From Octopus bimaculoides (lineage: Eukaryota), in the NCBI RefSeq assembly GCF_001194135.2, contig NC_068990.1:33575345-33639344 (forward strand): a stretch of 64,000 nucleotides of DNA, in the 5' to 3' direction. Below the pieces are notes generated by a model. The model had not been told where the DNA came from and made no database searches. It was given only the letters and a program-made list of their open reading frames with translations. Of this stretch, positions 62,578-64,000 are shown piece by piece (the stretch's first letter is position 1; every line of letters begins with the position of its first letter). Position numbers and translations under genes: made by a program.

Positions 62578-63963
62578 CCAAACCCAATCACATTTATGTT
62601 ATTAATCAGTGTTTCAAATTCTAAGTTCAATGCCATCAACTGAAGCCTTTAGCATTCAGATTACTCTGTCAAATGTTAAATCTTATTTATTCACATCATT
62701 TTTAATTAACTCTGAGTGCTTTTTATGTGGCCTGTGCCGGTGCCATGTAAAAAGCATTCAGTTAACCCATGCCAAAGCAGACGCAGAAGTCTGGTGCAAT
62801 CTTCTGCCCGACCAGCTCCTGTCAAACCATTCATATCATTATGTGTTGGACTGTTAATTCATTTCAGCACAGTCGTTGTATTTGGCTCCTGAACTAGACC
62901 AACTTTGTTAGAAACTGTCACTTGCTTGGTACCATTTGTATTATGGGGAGTTAGGAAAAGGTTTCAGTCATAACTAATTTCTCCAGAAATATATAAATGT
63001 TCAAGTTTCACAAAAATCCTGTTTTTCAAACTGATGAAAACAAAACAAAACAAAACAAAAACAAACGCACCCTTTACTAATAAAAATGCCACCAGGTGGT
63101 TAAGTATCTTCTACCGTCTATTACAGTTTTAAATGTCTATAAAATAGTTAAGAACAATTATAACAGGTAGTTATAATAGTTAAGAACAATTATAACAGGT
63201 GGTAACTGCCTAGGAAGAGATTCTTCAGGCTGAAAGAGTCTTTACATAAACATGGTGTTAATATTTACTAATTCTCAAGTGTTTACAGTTTTGAACACTT
63301 TGAAGCCAATAAATGGTAACAGAGAAAAGTTTACAACTTCCAATATTGTCTACTATATTTGACAACAACCAACAACTTTCGGCTGATCTCGGCAATAAAA
63401 TCCAGAAAGTACCTCAAGAATTAGTTACTCATGTTAGCAGAGTAATAAATAAATAATAAATAAAAACAGTGAATACAATTTAGCTAGCAGCAGAAACATC
63501 ATTTCTTTTTTTTTCCCCTTCTTTAGATGTTTGTAGAAAGTAACACATCATTGCCGTGAAATGAATAGTGTATTCTAGAATTGAATCTACAAAATCAACA
63601 GTTATCGCTTGAGTTCTGTGAGAATACTGATACAACTTTGTCTTGAAACAAGAATTTACAGAATCACACAAAAGCAGCCAGGGAATAACACTGTCAAATA
63701 TTTGATACATTAGCAAACAGAAAATTAAAAGGGATAAAATATATATCCATCATGAATTTAGGTTTTGTGGAGAAAATTTAAAAAAAAGAACATGTTTTCA
63801 ATGTAATAAAATCAAACAACATAATAATCTTAAAGGTTTAATTATTCAAGGCAATGTTTACAATATAGAAAATGTCAAACAGTTAGCAAGAAATATTCCA
63901 TTAAAGAGAAATTGGTTAGCTAAAAGGAAAAAAATCACAACAACTACATAGTATCATGTCTAT

Positions 63964-64000
<37 letters not shown>

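Noticed and set aside
63143-63200. 32-bp-period tandem duplication (also a 21-bp-period one near 54683-54720)
   Set aside because: Two-copy slippage duplications are common background with no further structure.

Overview
AT-rich eukaryotic, repeat-dominated DNA from a gapped scaffold (10 N-runs, mostly beside microsatellites). The SINE, LINE and microsatellite repertoire looks like an octopus or other coleoid cephalopod genome; this is inferred from repeat recognition, not from a database search. I find no convincing intact host gene, rRNA, tRNA gene or CRISPR array. Almost every ORF in the supplied track is a microsatellite or N-gap artefact, or a piece of a decayed transposase or reverse transcriptase. 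The window reads as a large intron or gene desert filled with transposable elements: at least six Tc1/mariner elements of different lineages (two full-length but pseudogenised), RTE and CR1-group LINE remnants, several tRNA-derived SINE families, MITEs, minisatellites and microsatellites. Highlights: (1) a Penelope-like inverted pseudo-LTR at 30082-30319 with two mirror-image minimal type-I hammerhead ribozyme motifs, a non-canonical CCGACGA core and a palindromic stem III; (2) a nested insertion stack at 42235-44215, where an RTE LINE holds a 127-bp Tc1/mariner MITE and a fold-back mariner that itself contains a TTAA piggyBac-type MITE, and the host frames can be rejoined at each junction; (3) a SINE with a perfect 14-bp target-site duplication inside a Hsmar1-like mariner. 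Element boundaries are exact where TIRs or TSDs are quoted and approximate otherwise.
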